DNA of 63,940 nt, filler included, from Gemmatimonadota bacterium (GTDB lineage Bacteria > 4572-55 > J002), in the NCBI GenBank assembly GCA_003697105.1. It is 4 parts of 4 records of this genome, joined end to end, with 100 filler letters (N's around TTAATTAATTAA, not from the genome) between each part and the next. Parts side by side here need not be neighbours in the genome. Positions count along the whole stretch, not along the records: positions 1 to 17,455 come from RFFQ01000146.1; positions 17,556 to 39,259 come from RFFQ01000003.1; 2 more parts are not named here. One strand, written 5' to 3'. Shown here in pieces: positions 9,968-20,271 of this stretch. The number at the start of each line of letters is the position of its first letter. Within the stretch, counting starts at the first letter, position 1. Under the pieces are notes generated by a model. It made no database searches. It saw only the letters and a program-made list of their open reading frames with translations, and had not been told where the DNA came from. A program made the translations under genes and the position numbers.

Positions 9968-10408
9968 ATGAGACTTTTGCTGGTGGAAGATGAACCCCGT
10001 ATCCAACGGTTGTTGGAAACCATTTTTCGGTCCCAACAGCATGATGTTACCGTCTGCGGTGATGCTGAATCTGCACTCATCGCGTATCAACAGACGTTTT
10101 ACCCCCTGATTGTTACGGATGTGGGTCTGCCCCACATGGATGGTCTGGAATTTTGCCGCCGTATTCGCCAAGAAGATCGGGGTGCCGAATCCTATGTATT
10201 GGTGATCACCGGCAACCGTACGCCGCAGGATTTTGAGAAAGTACTTGCCGTGGATGCCGATGATTACATGACCAAACCGGTCAACCTGATCCAATTGAAA
10301 GTTCGCTTGAAATTAGCCGAACGGATCATCCATCGTCGGCAAGCGCAGTTTCAGGAACTTCAGACATTACGAGAGCGAATTCGAGAATTGGAAGCCTCTG
10401 AACCCTAA
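9968..10408 (+). CDS. Single-domain response regulator with short coiled tail
   Basis: LLVEDE, DVGLPHMDG, ADDYMTKP; RBS AAGGAG. Confidence 0.9.
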   Translation: MRLLLVEDEPRIQRLLETIFRSQQHDVTVCGDAESALIAYQQTFYPLIVTDVGLPHMDGLEFCRRIRQEDRGAESYVLVITGNRTPQDFEKVLAVDADDYMTKPVNLIQLKVRLKLAERIIHRRQAQFQELQTLRERIRELEASEP

Positions 10409-10669
10409 ATAAATGAGATCATGAGCGAGCTTCTTATTACCTCACTTGCCGTTTTGTAGCATGGGTCACATACTCAAAAGGTGGATCGATGCCCTACTCG
10501 CGGTGAATCGGGAGGCTCGTTTCTAGGTTGCCACGGTAAGGGATTGAATCTTACCTTCCTTAAAAACACACAAACAAGGTATTCGTATTGCCGTATATGG
10601 TACTGGTGGCGGACACAACGCCCATCGCTTTGATTCTTTAATTCTATTTTATGCCTGCTAGAAGACCTG

Positions 10670-13603
10670 ATGAATGTTTTAATTTTAGAAGATGATCATA
10701 GCTCACAATATTTCCTGCAGGAAATATTTGAACATCGCGGGGATAAAACCTGCGTGTTTGAAAAAGCAGAAAGGGCGCTGGAACATTATCAACAGGAGTT
10801 TTACGAACTATTGATGGTTGATGTTCAATTACCCGGTATGGACGGGTTGGAATTTTGTCGCCGGATCCGGGCCCTTCCCCAAGGGGAACAGAGCGTTATT
10901 TTAGTCCTGACAGCGGTCATCCCTCCCCAAAATCTAAAATTAGTCCTCGATGCCGGTGCCGATGATTATCTTACCAAGCCCATCGATTTTGATCTACTCA
11001 ATGTACGCATTGATATTGCGGAGCGATTAATTCAGCAACGTTTAACTAAAGCTCAGATGGATACTGCCCTGCGCCATGAAAAAGAGCGTTATCAAGCTGT
11101 CATTAATCAAAGTGCCGATTGCATCTTTTTGGTGGAAGTTGAAACCGGCAAGATTCTGGAAGCGAATCAGGCTTTCCGGCGGCTGTTGGGATATACCGTT
11201 GAGGATATTGCCGGTCTGACACTTTATGATTTTGTGGCTCATCCACCTGCCGATATTCAGCAGAAAATCGATTACCTCTTACAACATGGTTCACTCTTTT
11301 TGGGCGAACGGCAATATCGTAAAAAAGATGAAACCTTGATTTCCTTGGAGGTGAACGCTAGCCGGATTACCTATATGGGAAAACAGGTATTAAGTGTCAT
11401 TTCTCGGGATATTACGGCGCGCAAGCAATCCGAAGAGCAACTACGGAAACTCTCCAGTGCTTTGCAACACGCGGCGGATTTAATTATGATTACAGATAGA
11501 GAGGGGCGCATTGAATATGTCAATCCCGCCTTCTCTGCCCATACGGGTTATACGTTGGAAGACGTACAAGGTCAGACCGGTGATTTCTTAAAGTCCAACC
11601 TTCATGATGAGGCGTTTTTCCAACGCTTGTGGGAGACCATTCTGCAGGGTAAACCCTTTTTTGATACGTTTATTAATCGCAAAAAAAATGGCGAACTCTA
11701 CTATGAGGAGCGGTCTATCAACCCGATCTTCAATGAAGAGGGCGTGATCACACACTTTGTCGCCACCGGTCGAGATGTGACAAAACAACGAGAAGCTGAG
11801 GAAGAACTGCGACGCTCAGAGGCTCGATTTCGGGCAATTTTGGATAACAACCTGCAATCGATTGTGCTAGTGGATATTGATCGCCGGATTCAGGCTTTCA
11901 ATAAAATGGCAAATGATCGCTCCATCTTGTTGTTTGGTAAGCGGTTGGAAAAAGGGGTATCTATTTACGACTATATTCCGCCGAAAAGCCACAAAGCGTT
12001 TACCATCTATTTTAAGCGGGCTTTGCGGGGTGAGACCGTTATCGTGGAGGGTACCGTTGATTCGCCCCACGGCAAATCACCGCTTTGGTTCGAGTTCAAT
12101 TATGTGCCCGCCCTGACGGACGAAGAGAAACTAACGGGTGTCTGTTTTTTCGCGTTGGAGATCACAGAACGAAAACAGATGGAAATAGAACTCCAACATG
12201 CTAAAGAACAAGCCGAAATGGCGAATCTGGCGAAGAGTGAATTTTTGGCAAATATGAGCCACGAACTACGCACCCCTCTCAATGCTATTTTGGGCTATAC
12301 CCAGATTTTGAATCGGGATCGCTCCTTGGGGGGCAAACAGCAGAATTCGATTCAGGTGATACATCGCAGTGCGGAGCACCTGTTGATGATCATTGAGGAT
12401 ATGCTTGACTTGTCCAAAATTGAGTCCCGTAAAATGGAATTGAATCCATCAGACTTTAATCTACCCCATTTCTTAAAAAACATTGTTGAAATTGAACGGG
12501 TGCGAGCAACCCATCGGGATATTCAGTTGATCTACCGGGTGACCTCACCGTTACCCCAAATGGTTTATGCCGACGAAAAACGACTCCGGCAAATTTTATT
12601 GAATTTATTGACGAATGCGATTAAATTCACGATTGAAGGCAAAGTGGTGTTTACGGTGGGTTATGTGTCGCCGCAACGTATCCGGTTTGAAGTGGAAGAT
12701 ACCGGAATTGGGATTCCCATGGAGCATCTGAATGATATTTTCTTACCCTTCCATCAATTGCGCCAAAATCAAATCCGGTCTGATGGTACCGGTCTGGGTT
12801 TAGCGATCTGCCAGCGATTGGTGCGGCTTATGGGCGGCAAGTTGTATGTTAGCAGTCGGGTCAATCAGGGGAGTAAATTTTGGTTTGAGATCCATTTGCC
12901 GGAAAGTGCCCACTCAAACGTGCTAACCACCCCGAAAGACCCGCAAATTATCGGTTACCGTGGCAAACCGTGTCCGGTACTCATCGTGGATGATCAGGAA
13001 GAAAGCCGTGCCTTGCTTCGGGATATGCTTCTACCGTTGAAATTTGAAATCACGGAGGCAAAACACGGGCAAGATGCCTTAGATTTGCTCAAAACTTATC
13101 ATCCCCAACTCATTTTACTGGATTTGATGATGCCGGTATTGGATGGGTTCAAAACGGCACAAGCCATCCGGCAACAGGATGAATTTAAGGATGTCACGAT
13201 TATTGCCGTTTCTGCCGGTGCTTTTCCGCATATCCGGGAACGCAGTCTTGCCGCCGGCTGTGATGCCTTCCTTAGTATGCCGGTCCAAATGGACCAACTG
13301 TTAGACCAACTCCGGCGACATCTCCAGTTGGACTGGATTTACGAGTCGGATGTGGCGATGGCACTTCCACCAGAACCAGAAACCCCCATGCATATGCCAC
13401 CGGCTGAGATATTGCGCCGGCTATACGAACAGGTACTCATTGGTGATGTCGATAGTATAGAGAGGCATCTGATGACCCTTTCCACGGAAGACCCGGCATT
13501 ACAACCCTTTGTGGATAAAATGATTCAATGGTTGGAAGATTTTTGCCTCGATGAAATTCAAGATTTTTTAGAAACTTTGTTGGAGACCCATCGTGACACG
13601 TGA
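10670..13603 (+). CDS. Hybrid histidine kinase REC-PAS-PAS-PAS-HisKA-HATPase-REC
   Basis: N-terminal REC; three PAS/PAC units ending DITARK, DVTKQR, EITERK; H-box FLANMSHELRTPLN; N/G boxes; C-terminal REC DLMMPVLDG; no TM. Confidence 0.95.
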   Translation: MNVLILEDDHSSQYFLQEIFEHRGDKTCVFEKAERALEHYQQEFYELLMVDVQLPGMDGLEFCRRIRALPQGEQSVILVLTAVIPPQNLKLVLDAGADDYLTKPIDFDLLNVRIDIAERLIQQRLTKAQMDTALRHEKERYQAVINQSADCIFLVEVETGKILEANQAFRRLLGYTVEDIAGLTLYDFVAHPPADIQQKIDYLLQHGSLFLGERQYRKKDETLISLEVNASRITYMGKQVLSVISRDITARKQSEEQLRKLSSALQHAADLIMITDREGRIEYVNPAFSAHTGYTLEDVQGQTGDFLKSNLHDEAFFQRLWETILQGKPFFDTFINRKKNGELYYEERSINPIFNEEGVITHFVATGRDVTKQREAEEELRRSEARFRAILDNNLQSIVLVDIDRRIQAFNKMANDRSILLFGKRLEKGVSIYDYIPPKSHKAFTIYFKRALRGETVIVEGTVDSPHGKSPLWFEFNYVPALTDEEKLTGVCFFALEITERKQMEIELQHAKEQAEMANLAKSEFLANMSHELRTPLNAILGYTQILNRDRSLGGKQQNSIQVIHRSAEHLLMIIEDMLDLSKIESRKMELNPSDFNLPHFLKNIVEIERVRATHRDIQLIYRVTSPLPQMVYADEKRLRQILLNLLTNAIKFTIEGKVVFTVGYVSPQRIRFEVEDTGIGIPMEHLNDIFLPFHQLRQNQIRSDGTGLGLAICQRLVRLMGGKLYVSSRVNQGSKFWFEIHLPESAHSNVLTTPKDPQIIGYRGKPCPVLIVDDQEESRALLRDMLLPLKFEITEAKHGQDALDLLKTYHPQLILLDLMMPVLDGFKTAQAIRQQDEFKDVTIIAVSAGAFPHIRERSLAAGCDAFLSMPVQMDQLLDQLRRHLQLDWIYESDVAMALPPEPETPMHMPPAEILRRLYEQVLIGDVDSIERHLMTLSTEDPALQPFVDKMIQWLEDFCLDEIQDFLETLLETHRDT

Positions 13604-14726
13604 TGAACATGAAAAGCAGACCATCTTAGTGGTCGATGATAATCCGATGAACCTGCGAGTACTCTTTGATTACTTGAAAGCGTCCGGGTTTAAAACATTG
13701 ATTGCAACTAGCGGAGAGCGCGCTATTCAGCAGGTGGAACGGCTCCAACCCGACTTGATTTTGTTGGATATTATGATGCCCGGTATTGATGGTTTTGAAA
13801 CCTGCCGGCGCTTGAAATCAAACCTAACCACACAGGATATACCGGTGATCTTTATGACCGCTCTCTCCGATACGGAAGATAAGCTTCGAGGCTTCCGGGT
13901 GGGTGCTGTAGATTACATCACCAAGCCCTTCCATCAGGAAGAAGTACTTGCCCGAATCAATACCCATCTTACCTTGCGGAATCAAAAGACAGAATTATCA
14001 GAATTAAATGCGACCAAGGATAAATTCTTTTCCATTATTGCCCATGACTTGAAAAGTGCGTTTACCTCATTGCTCGGATTTTCCCAACTGATCACAGAAT
14101 CCATCGATCAATTTGAAAAAGACCAGATCAAAAATTATATTAGCATGATGCACAGCACTACGGAAAACACCTTTAAGTTGCTTGAAAATCTCTTGGCGTG
14201 GTCGCGCATTCAAAATGGGATGATGGAGTATGACCCAGAATACATCGATTTATACCAGTTGTCCTCTGATAATATTAACATTCTGAAAAAGATGGCAGAG
14301 CAAAAATCGATTCAACTGGAACATCACATTACGCAGGGGCAGTTTCAAGTGTTTGTGGACCCGAACATGATCAAAACCGTCTTTCGCAATTTGATTTCCA
14401 ATGCCTTAAAATTCACGGAACCCGGTGGACGAGTTGAAATTGGGGCACAACGCATGGAATCGCAGGTGAAAGTCCATATTTTGGATACTGGGGTGGGGAT
14501 TCGTGCAGATGCAATACCCAAATTGTTCAACATCGCCGAAAGCCATCGCACCAATGGTACTGCCGGAGAAAAAGGTACTGGCTTGGGGTTGATTTTGTGT
14601 AAGGAACTCGTTGAAACCAATCACGGAACTATTTGGGTGGAAAGTGAAGCCGGTCAGGGAAGCACATTCTACTTCACTTTACCATTGACCCACCACATCA
14701 CATCGGGGGAAATAGAGGATGAATGA
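13593..14726 (+). CDS. REC-histidine kinase
   Basis: DIMMPGIDG; FFSIIAHDLKS; NLISNALKF; GTGLGL. Confidence 0.93.
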   Translation: MTRDEHEKQTILVVDDNPMNLRVLFDYLKASGFKTLIATSGERAIQQVERLQPDLILLDIMMPGIDGFETCRRLKSNLTTQDIPVIFMTALSDTEDKLRGFRVGAVDYITKPFHQEEVLARINTHLTLRNQKTELSELNATKDKFFSIIAHDLKSAFTSLLGFSQLITESIDQFEKDQIKNYISMMHSTTENTFKLLENLLAWSRIQNGMMEYDPEYIDLYQLSSDNINILKKMAEQKSIQLEHHITQGQFQVFVDPNMIKTVFRNLISNALKFTEPGGRVEIGAQRMESQVKVHILDTGVGIRADAIPKLFNIAESHRTNGTAGEKGTGLGLILCKELVETNHGTIWVESEAGQGSTFYFTLPLTHHITSGEIEDE

Positions 14727-15897
14727 ACAACAGACTGAAGGTGTCATTTTAATTGTGGATGATAGTCCGATTACACTGGGGGGACTCATCTATTTCTTAA
14801 ATCGAAAACATTTTGAAACCGTGGTTGAGGTCAACGGATATGAAGCGCTGGAACGCATCCATGAGATTCAACCGGATATTATTTTGTTAGATGTGATGAT
14901 GCCGGATATGGATGGATTTGAAGCCTGTCGGCGGCTCAAAGCGCGAGAAGATACCAAAGATATTCCGATTATCTTTATCACTGCTATGTCGGATGTGAAA
15001 AGTAAAATCAAAGGATTCAAACAGGGTGGGGTAGATTACATCACCAAGCCATTTAATTTGGAAGAAGTATATGCCCGGGTGACCACTCATTTGACCCTCA
15101 AACGACTACGGCGACAACTTCTGGAGCAAAATCGCCTGCTTCAGGATAAAAATCAGCAAATGGAACGGCTCAATCAGGTATTGGAAGCGAAAAATAAAGA
15201 ACTTCAGGAGCTTAACGCCAGTAAAGATAAATTTTTTTCCATTATTGCCCATGACCTGCGCGGTCCCTTTTCGGCGTTTTTTACGGCGTTAGGCGCAATC
15301 AACAGTAGTGACGAATTTAAAACCGTCCACCATATTACTACATATTTGGAAGACTCTGCGGAAAACCTTTACAAGTTTATGGAAAATCTGCTCCAGTGGG
15401 CACGAGTGCATATGAACTCGGTTGAGTTCCATCCAGAAAAAGTGCAATGTGACGCCATCATTCAGGAGTGTATTGACCCACTTCATACGCTGTTTGAGCA
15501 AAAAGAGATCACCATCACCTACACCCCGAACCCCGATCTGTGGGTTTATGTGGATGTCGGCATGATAAGTACCGTTCTCCGAAATCTACTGATGAATGCC
15601 CTGAAATTTACCCCGCGAGGGGGAGCGGTACAGGTTTATACCCAAGACAACGGTGATATGGTGCAACTCGCCGTGCAGGATAATGGTATTGGTATTGCTG
15701 AAAATGCGTTAGCAAAATTATTCAAAATTGATGAAAAATATCGCTCGGAAGGAACGGAAGAGGAACTGGGATCGGGTCTGGGATTGATTCTCTCCAAAGA
15801 ATTTATCGAAAAACATGGGGGTCGCATTTGGGCTACCAGTGAAGTTAATCAAGGTAGTACCTTCTATACTACCTTACCAAAATATATGGAATCCTAG
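14719..15897 (+). CDS. REC-histidine kinase (paralog of 13593-14726)
   Basis: DVMMPDMDG; FFSIIAHDLRG; NLLMNALKF; GSGLGL. Confidence 0.93.
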   Translation: MNEQQTEGVILIVDDSPITLGGLIYFLNRKHFETVVEVNGYEALERIHEIQPDIILLDVMMPDMDGFEACRRLKAREDTKDIPIIFITAMSDVKSKIKGFKQGGVDYITKPFNLEEVYARVTTHLTLKRLRRQLLEQNRLLQDKNQQMERLNQVLEAKNKELQELNASKDKFFSIIAHDLRGPFSAFFTALGAINSSDEFKTVHHITTYLEDSAENLYKFMENLLQWARVHMNSVEFHPEKVQCDAIIQECIDPLHTLFEQKEITITYTPNPDLWVYVDVGMISTVLRNLLMNALKFTPRGGAVQVYTQDNGDMVQLAVQDNGIGIAENALAKLFKIDEKYRSEGTEEELGSGLGLILSKEFIEKHGGRIWATSEVNQGSTFYTTLPKYMES

Positions 15898-15936
15898 TAC
15901 CCACCGGAACATTTACAGAAAAGGGATGTAACCAAC

Positions 15937-16287
15937 ATGTCAGTACTGCTGGATATGGATGTTATCAATGATTTAATCGAATTGGGTGACGGCGATACAG
16001 AGTTTATCACCGATTTAATTCAAACCTTTCTAACCGATGCGGAAGAGACCATTCCCCAATTAAAAGCGGCAATTGAAGCAGGTGATGCCGAAAAAATCCG
16101 GCGGATTGCACATAGTCTGAAAGGAGCAAGTGCGAATATCGGGGGAATTGGTATAGCGGAAGTTGGAGAGCAAATCGAACAAAAGGGACGGGATGGCGAT
16201 CTGGCCGGTGTGGCAACCTTATTTGAAGAATTTATGCACCGCTATGAACAAACTCAAGCCGAACTCCGGCAACTGAACTTGATTTAG
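15937..16287 (+). CDS. Hpt phosphotransfer protein
   Basis: AHSLKGASANIG motif in a 116-aa helical protein. Confidence 0.92.
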   Translation: MSVLLDMDVINDLIELGDGDTEFITDLIQTFLTDAEETIPQLKAAIEAGDAEKIRRIAHSLKGASANIGGIGIAEVGEQIEQKGRDGDLAGVATLFEEFMHRYEQTQAELRQLNLI

Positions 16288-16341
16288 ACCCCCAACAGCG
16301 ACCATTTCGCCATCCTGAAAATGCCGGTGCAAAACCGGTAG

Positions 16342-16968
16342 CTAATTGACATGGTAATCCACTAAGCGCCAGGTGGATGAATTGGTAACCCCAGAACTGG
16401 AATAAATAAAATTAAATTGGTTGATCAACCCCACGTGTGGCGTCCAAAATGCGCTGGTCATGCTATCGTCATTGTAAAATTCGTACTTGAGACATTCAAA
16501 TGAACCGGCGGGGACGCCAATATCCTTGTGGGTAGCCCGGAGTTTTGCCGATTCTGCCTCCCAGGAGTCAAACCAACTATTGATGCGTGCCGGATACGAA
16601 ATCAGCAAATGAGGTGCTTCTAATTGATGGAACGTGCCGGAGGCATCGACGTAAGCATAAAGATAAAGCCCCGTAGCAGTGTTGCGCAAATAGCGCCGTT
16701 CTGCCAGCAATTGACCATTTTCGGTGTACCGCAGTTCAAACCAGACTTGACCCTCCGTTTCCATTGTCTCCGCAATTTCCCAGCGAACCGTCCGGGTGAT
16801 GCCAGTCTGCGGATTTTCTACCTCATAAACCCAAAAATTACCCACTTTCAGCGGTAAAATTCCATTCGATGAGGCTGGCGGGATGACCGGTACCGTACTC
16901 GGTGAATCTCCACTGCAACCCACCATCCCCAAACTGAGGACCATCAGAACGCATAAGATCTTTATCAT
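16342..16968 (-). CDS. Uncharacterised lipoprotein
   Basis: Lipobox LGMVGC; PLKVGNFWVY and VPAGSFEC...WTPHVGLI, a recurrent all-beta fold pattern; RBS GAGG. Confidence 0.7.
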   Translation of the reverse strand: MIKILCVLMVLSLGMVGCSGDSPSTVPVIPPASSNGILPLKVGNFWVYEVENPQTGITRTVRWEIAETMETEGQVWFELRYTENGQLLAERRYLRNTATGLYLYAYVDASGTFHQLEAPHLLISYPARINSWFDSWEAESAKLRATHKDIGVPAGSFECLKYEFYNDDSMTSAFWTPHVGLINQFNFIYSSSGVTNSSTWRLVDYHVN

Positions 16969-16991
16969 GTAAACCTCTTTTTTTATAGAAG

Positions 16992-17455
16992 TTAATTGAG
17001 AGTTTGGACATAAGACCGGCGTTTGATCACTCCATATTTAATCAATACCACAATTGCCCGCACGGCGTCTTTCCAACCGATCTTTTTGCCTTCCTGATAG
17101 GTACGCCCATCATAACTAATCGGGACTTCATAAAAGCAAATACCTTTGATCAACGCCAATTTGACCGTCATTTCCGGTTCAATACCGAACCGGCGTTCTT
17201 CTAAATCAATCCGCTGGATAATATCACGTCGGAAGGCTTTGTAACCAGTTTCCATGTCGGTCAAATTGAGATCGGTAATTATATTGCTGAAAAGCGTCAG
17301 AACAAAATTGGCAACTGAATGCCAAAAATAGAGTACCCGGTGCACGCCGCCCAAAAACCGTGAACCATAAACGACATGTGCCCCCCGGTGGAGAATTGGC
17401 TCAATTAAAATGGGGTAATCCATCGGATCGTACTCCAAATCTGCATCTTGAATGA
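16992..17455 (-). CDS. GT2 (DPM-synthase-like) glycosyltransferase, 5'-truncated by gap
   Basis: IQDADLEYDP, VYGSRF, TDMETGYKAF, EVPISY.GR...EGKKIGWKD; frame runs into the N gap. Confidence 0.88.
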
Positions 17456-17555
17456 NNNNNNNNNNNNNNNNNNNNNNNNNNNNNNNNNNNNNNNNNNNNT
17501 TAATTAATTAANNNNNNNNNNNNNNNNNNNNNNNNNNNNNNNNNNNNNNNNNNNN
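17456..17555. other. Artificial contig linker
   Basis: 44 N + TTAATTAATTAA (stops in all six frames) + 44 N. Confidence 0.98.
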
Positions 17556-17767
17556 TCTTGACCGGTCATATCGGGTAGTTGGTAATCCACCAGCAACAAG
17601 CATTCTCCGGCACATTCCTGTACCACCTTCACAGCTTGTGTTCCATTTTCGGCAATATGCGCTGTCAGACCTATGTGTTGTAAATTCAGTTGTATCAGGC
17701 GTGCCAAGCCGGGGTCATCCTCGATTATCACAACCGGCACACCGTAGCAGGTATCAATTTCCGGCAT
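17556..17767 (-). CDS. Receiver-domain protein, 3'-truncated by gap
   Basis: IIEDD...LVDYQLPDMTG then N gap. Confidence 0.85.
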
Positions 17768-17770
17768 ATA

Positions 17771-18229
17771 TCATAACTCCTTGTCTCTTTCACTGTCCAA
17801 AACCGACACTTCTACGACTTTCAAATACAAGCCCAATTGCCGAATTGCCTGAATAAAACTATCATGCTGAATCGGTTTTTTGATGTAGCTGTTACAACCT
17901 AACTGATGGCAAAGGTCAATTTCATCGGGATTATCAGTTGTGGTAATAATGATCACCGGTAATTTACGTAATTCATCATCCTGTTTGATTTGGCGCAATA
18001 CCTCAATACCATCAACTTTGGGCATCCGAATATCAAGCAATAGCAGGTAAGGCTTCATTGGATCACGGAGTTGTTCGGGGTGGCGCCGGAATAGAAAATC
18101 CAGCACATCTTGTCCATCCGTAAAGTGAAGGATTGGGTTGGTAATTCCTGCCCGCTTTAAATTCCAGCGGATCAACGTGGCATGACCCTCGTCATCTTCT
18201 GCAATTAAAATGGTCACATCCTGATGCAT
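17771..18229 (-). CDS. Single-domain response regulator (Rcp1-like)
   Basis: IAEDD, LLLDIRMPKVDG, GCNSYIKKP; TGATG coupling to the kinase. Confidence 0.92.
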   Translation of the reverse strand: MHQDVTILIAEDDEGHATLIRWNLKRAGITNPILHFTDGQDVLDFLFRRHPEQLRDPMKPYLLLLDIRMPKVDGIEVLRQIKQDDELRKLPVIIITTTDNPDEIDLCHQLGCNSYIKKPIQHDSFIQAIRQLGLYLKVVEVSVLDSERDKEL

Positions 18230-19713
18230 CAAACCACTTCCTCATGGGGTACACATGGTAATTCAATGTAAACGGTTGTTCCCTGACCGGGTTGCGATTC
18301 TAACCAAACTCGTCCCTGATGCCGGCTCAAAATTTTACGAACAATAGATAATCCCAAACCTTCGCCCGCTGAATCTTTAGGATTTAACCGGTAAAAAATC
18401 TCAAATACTTTTGTTTGATGATTGGCGGCAATGCCAATGCCGTTATCCTGCACGGTATAGATGGCGGTATTACCCGCAACGGTTCCGGAAATATGAATTT
18501 TGCCCGGTCGGTGGGGGTCTAAGTATTTGATAGCATTACCGATAATATTGGCAAAGACTTGATTGATTTGGAGCCGGTCTCCCCAACAGGCCGGGAGATC
18601 ATCTAGTGTTAGGGTTATACCATGTTCTTTTAACTGAAACTCAAATTCATTGATGACATTCGCCACCAATTGATTCATATCCAAGGGTTCTGGGTGTAGC
18701 GCTGCCCGTCCGGTGCGGGAAAGGCGGAGTAAACCATTCAGTAAACTATCCATTTTCTCCCCACTAGTCAAAATAAAGTGCAATGCCTCCGGTATTTCTT
18801 GTTGAAATAAGAGGTCCAAGCGCCGGCGTGTAGCAACCGGCATCTCCACCGATTTGAGCAGGGATTCAATGGATTGGAGCAAAAACTCGAGTTCCTTGCT
18901 AAAGCCCTGAATATTGACCAACGGCGAGCGCAAATCGTGCGAGGTTACATAAATCACTTGCTCCAATTCCTTATTTTTTTCCTGAAGCCGCTGTTCGGCT
19001 TTGTCCCGTTCCAACTGGCGTAATTGAATTTGCGCTAGCATGGTGTTAAAACCGTCGTAAAGCATGCCGATTTCATCTTGCGATACCTTCTGTACGCGGA
19101 GGGTGTAATCCTCTTCAGTGGAGATTTTGCCCATAATCTGGGCAAGATTCAGAACGGGTCGGGAGATAAATTTTTGGAAGATCGACGCCAAACCATAAGA
19201 GATTACCAGCAATCCCCCCATGCTGAGGATCATAATCAGGATATGCTCCCGGATTTTAGCGGCTAAAAATGCTGTGGAGGCTTGTAAATAGATCGTGCCG
19301 TAAGTATTCCCTCGAAAGCGAATTGGTTGAAACACATGTAGCGCGTCATCCTGAAAGTAGCTAATACCTTCTACCGGCAGATGTTCCGGCACCGTGATAC
19401 CCTCTACCGGGTGATGTGCCGCGAAAAGATGCCCTTCTTCATCATACACATGAGCACTGCTTAGATACGGAATCGTTTCGATCTTCGCCAAGATATCGGC
19501 GACATCCGCCGCATAGGAAAACGTTAAGGGTGCAACACAATACTCACCGATCAACTTCGCAGTGATGCCAGTCTGATCCACCAAATCAGACCGAAAGGTC
19601 CGAATATCATTATAAATCACAAAGAGAAACCCTAGAACGACGGTCATAGACGTTACACTCAGGGTCATTAAAATCAACTTAGTCCGGATTGAGAGGCGAT
19701 AGACCAAATGCAT
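18229..19713 (-). CDS. Membrane sensor histidine kinase (YfiN-like periplasmic domain, HAMP)
   Basis: Two TM helices; HAMP DEIGMLYDGFNTML; H-box SHDLRSPL; NIIGNAIKY; GEGLGL. Confidence 0.92.
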   Translation of the reverse strand: MHLVYRLSIRTKLILMTLSVTSMTVVLGFLFVIYNDIRTFRSDLVDQTGITAKLIGEYCVAPLTFSYAADVADILAKIETIPYLSSAHVYDEEGHLFAAHHPVEGITVPEHLPVEGISYFQDDALHVFQPIRFRGNTYGTIYLQASTAFLAAKIREHILIMILSMGGLLVISYGLASIFQKFISRPVLNLAQIMGKISTEEDYTLRVQKVSQDEIGMLYDGFNTMLAQIQLRQLERDKAEQRLQEKNKELEQVIYVTSHDLRSPLVNIQGFSKELEFLLQSIESLLKSVEMPVATRRRLDLLFQQEIPEALHFILTSGEKMDSLLNGLLRLSRTGRAALHPEPLDMNQLVANVINEFEFQLKEHGITLTLDDLPACWGDRLQINQVFANIIGNAIKYLDPHRPGKIHISGTVAGNTAIYTVQDNGIGIAANHQTKVFEIFYRLNPKDSAGEGLGLSIVRKILSRHQGRVWLESQPGQGTTVYIELPCVPHEEVV

Positions 19714-20252
19714 CAGGGATCCTTTACCGGATTCACAATTTTAGCAGTTTGTAACAGGAGATAGCTTACGTCCAAACCGGACTTTCTGACAGCGGTTTCG
19801 TTAACTTCAAACCGGAGGTGATCCCCTTTCAAAAAAAAATTGATATGCACCCCCTGTTGAGCATATCCGGGGGTATCCCCTACGGTCAACACGGGCTTAT
19901 CCGCCACTTGCTGTAGATAATCCGGCAGGCGCTCTTTTTCGGAAGCCGCAATAAACAATACATGAATACCCGTGAGAGAATCTTCAGCGGAAAAATGACG
20001 AATTTCAACAGGCCGATGTTGAATGTGACGAGTAGCATACAGTTTTTTAAGCGTGGAATCCAAAGGAGTATTCCCTACCACGCCAATGACAAACGGCTGG
20101 GTGGTATCACTGGAAAGCGGGGGTGACCATTCAATAAAATGGGTAAATTTTTCCAGAAAGACGGTTTTTAGGGTGTACTCTTCGATCATGATTTGGGCGT
20201 GCCCCGTCACCGGTACGATCCAGAAAATTCCCAACAAAACCCATAAACGCAT
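19713..20252 (-). CDS. YfiR/DUF4154 family periplasmic protein
   Basis: EYTLKTVFLEKFTHFIEW, VLTVGD, INFF...LRFEVN...SGL.VS..LLQTA; signal peptide from ATG 20252. Confidence 0.88.
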   Translation of the reverse strand: MRLWVLLGIFWIVPVTGHAQIMIEEYTLKTVFLEKFTHFIEWSPPLSSDTTQPFVIGVVGNTPLDSTLKKLYATRHIQHRPVEIRHFSAEDSLTGIHVLFIAASEKERLPDYLQQVADKPVLTVGDTPGYAQQGVHINFFLKGDHLRFEVNETAVRKSGLDVSYLLLQTAKIVNPVKDP

Positions 20253-20271
20253 ATCCGTCACTCTCCCCTCC

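Noticed and set aside
17456-17555. TTAATTAATTAA repeated three times in the window, and gene adjacency across the gaps
   Set aside because: Synthetic six-frame stop linker inside N runs. Neighbourhoods across linkers (GT2 next to receiver gene, pilus cluster next to uvrB) are not evidence of linkage.
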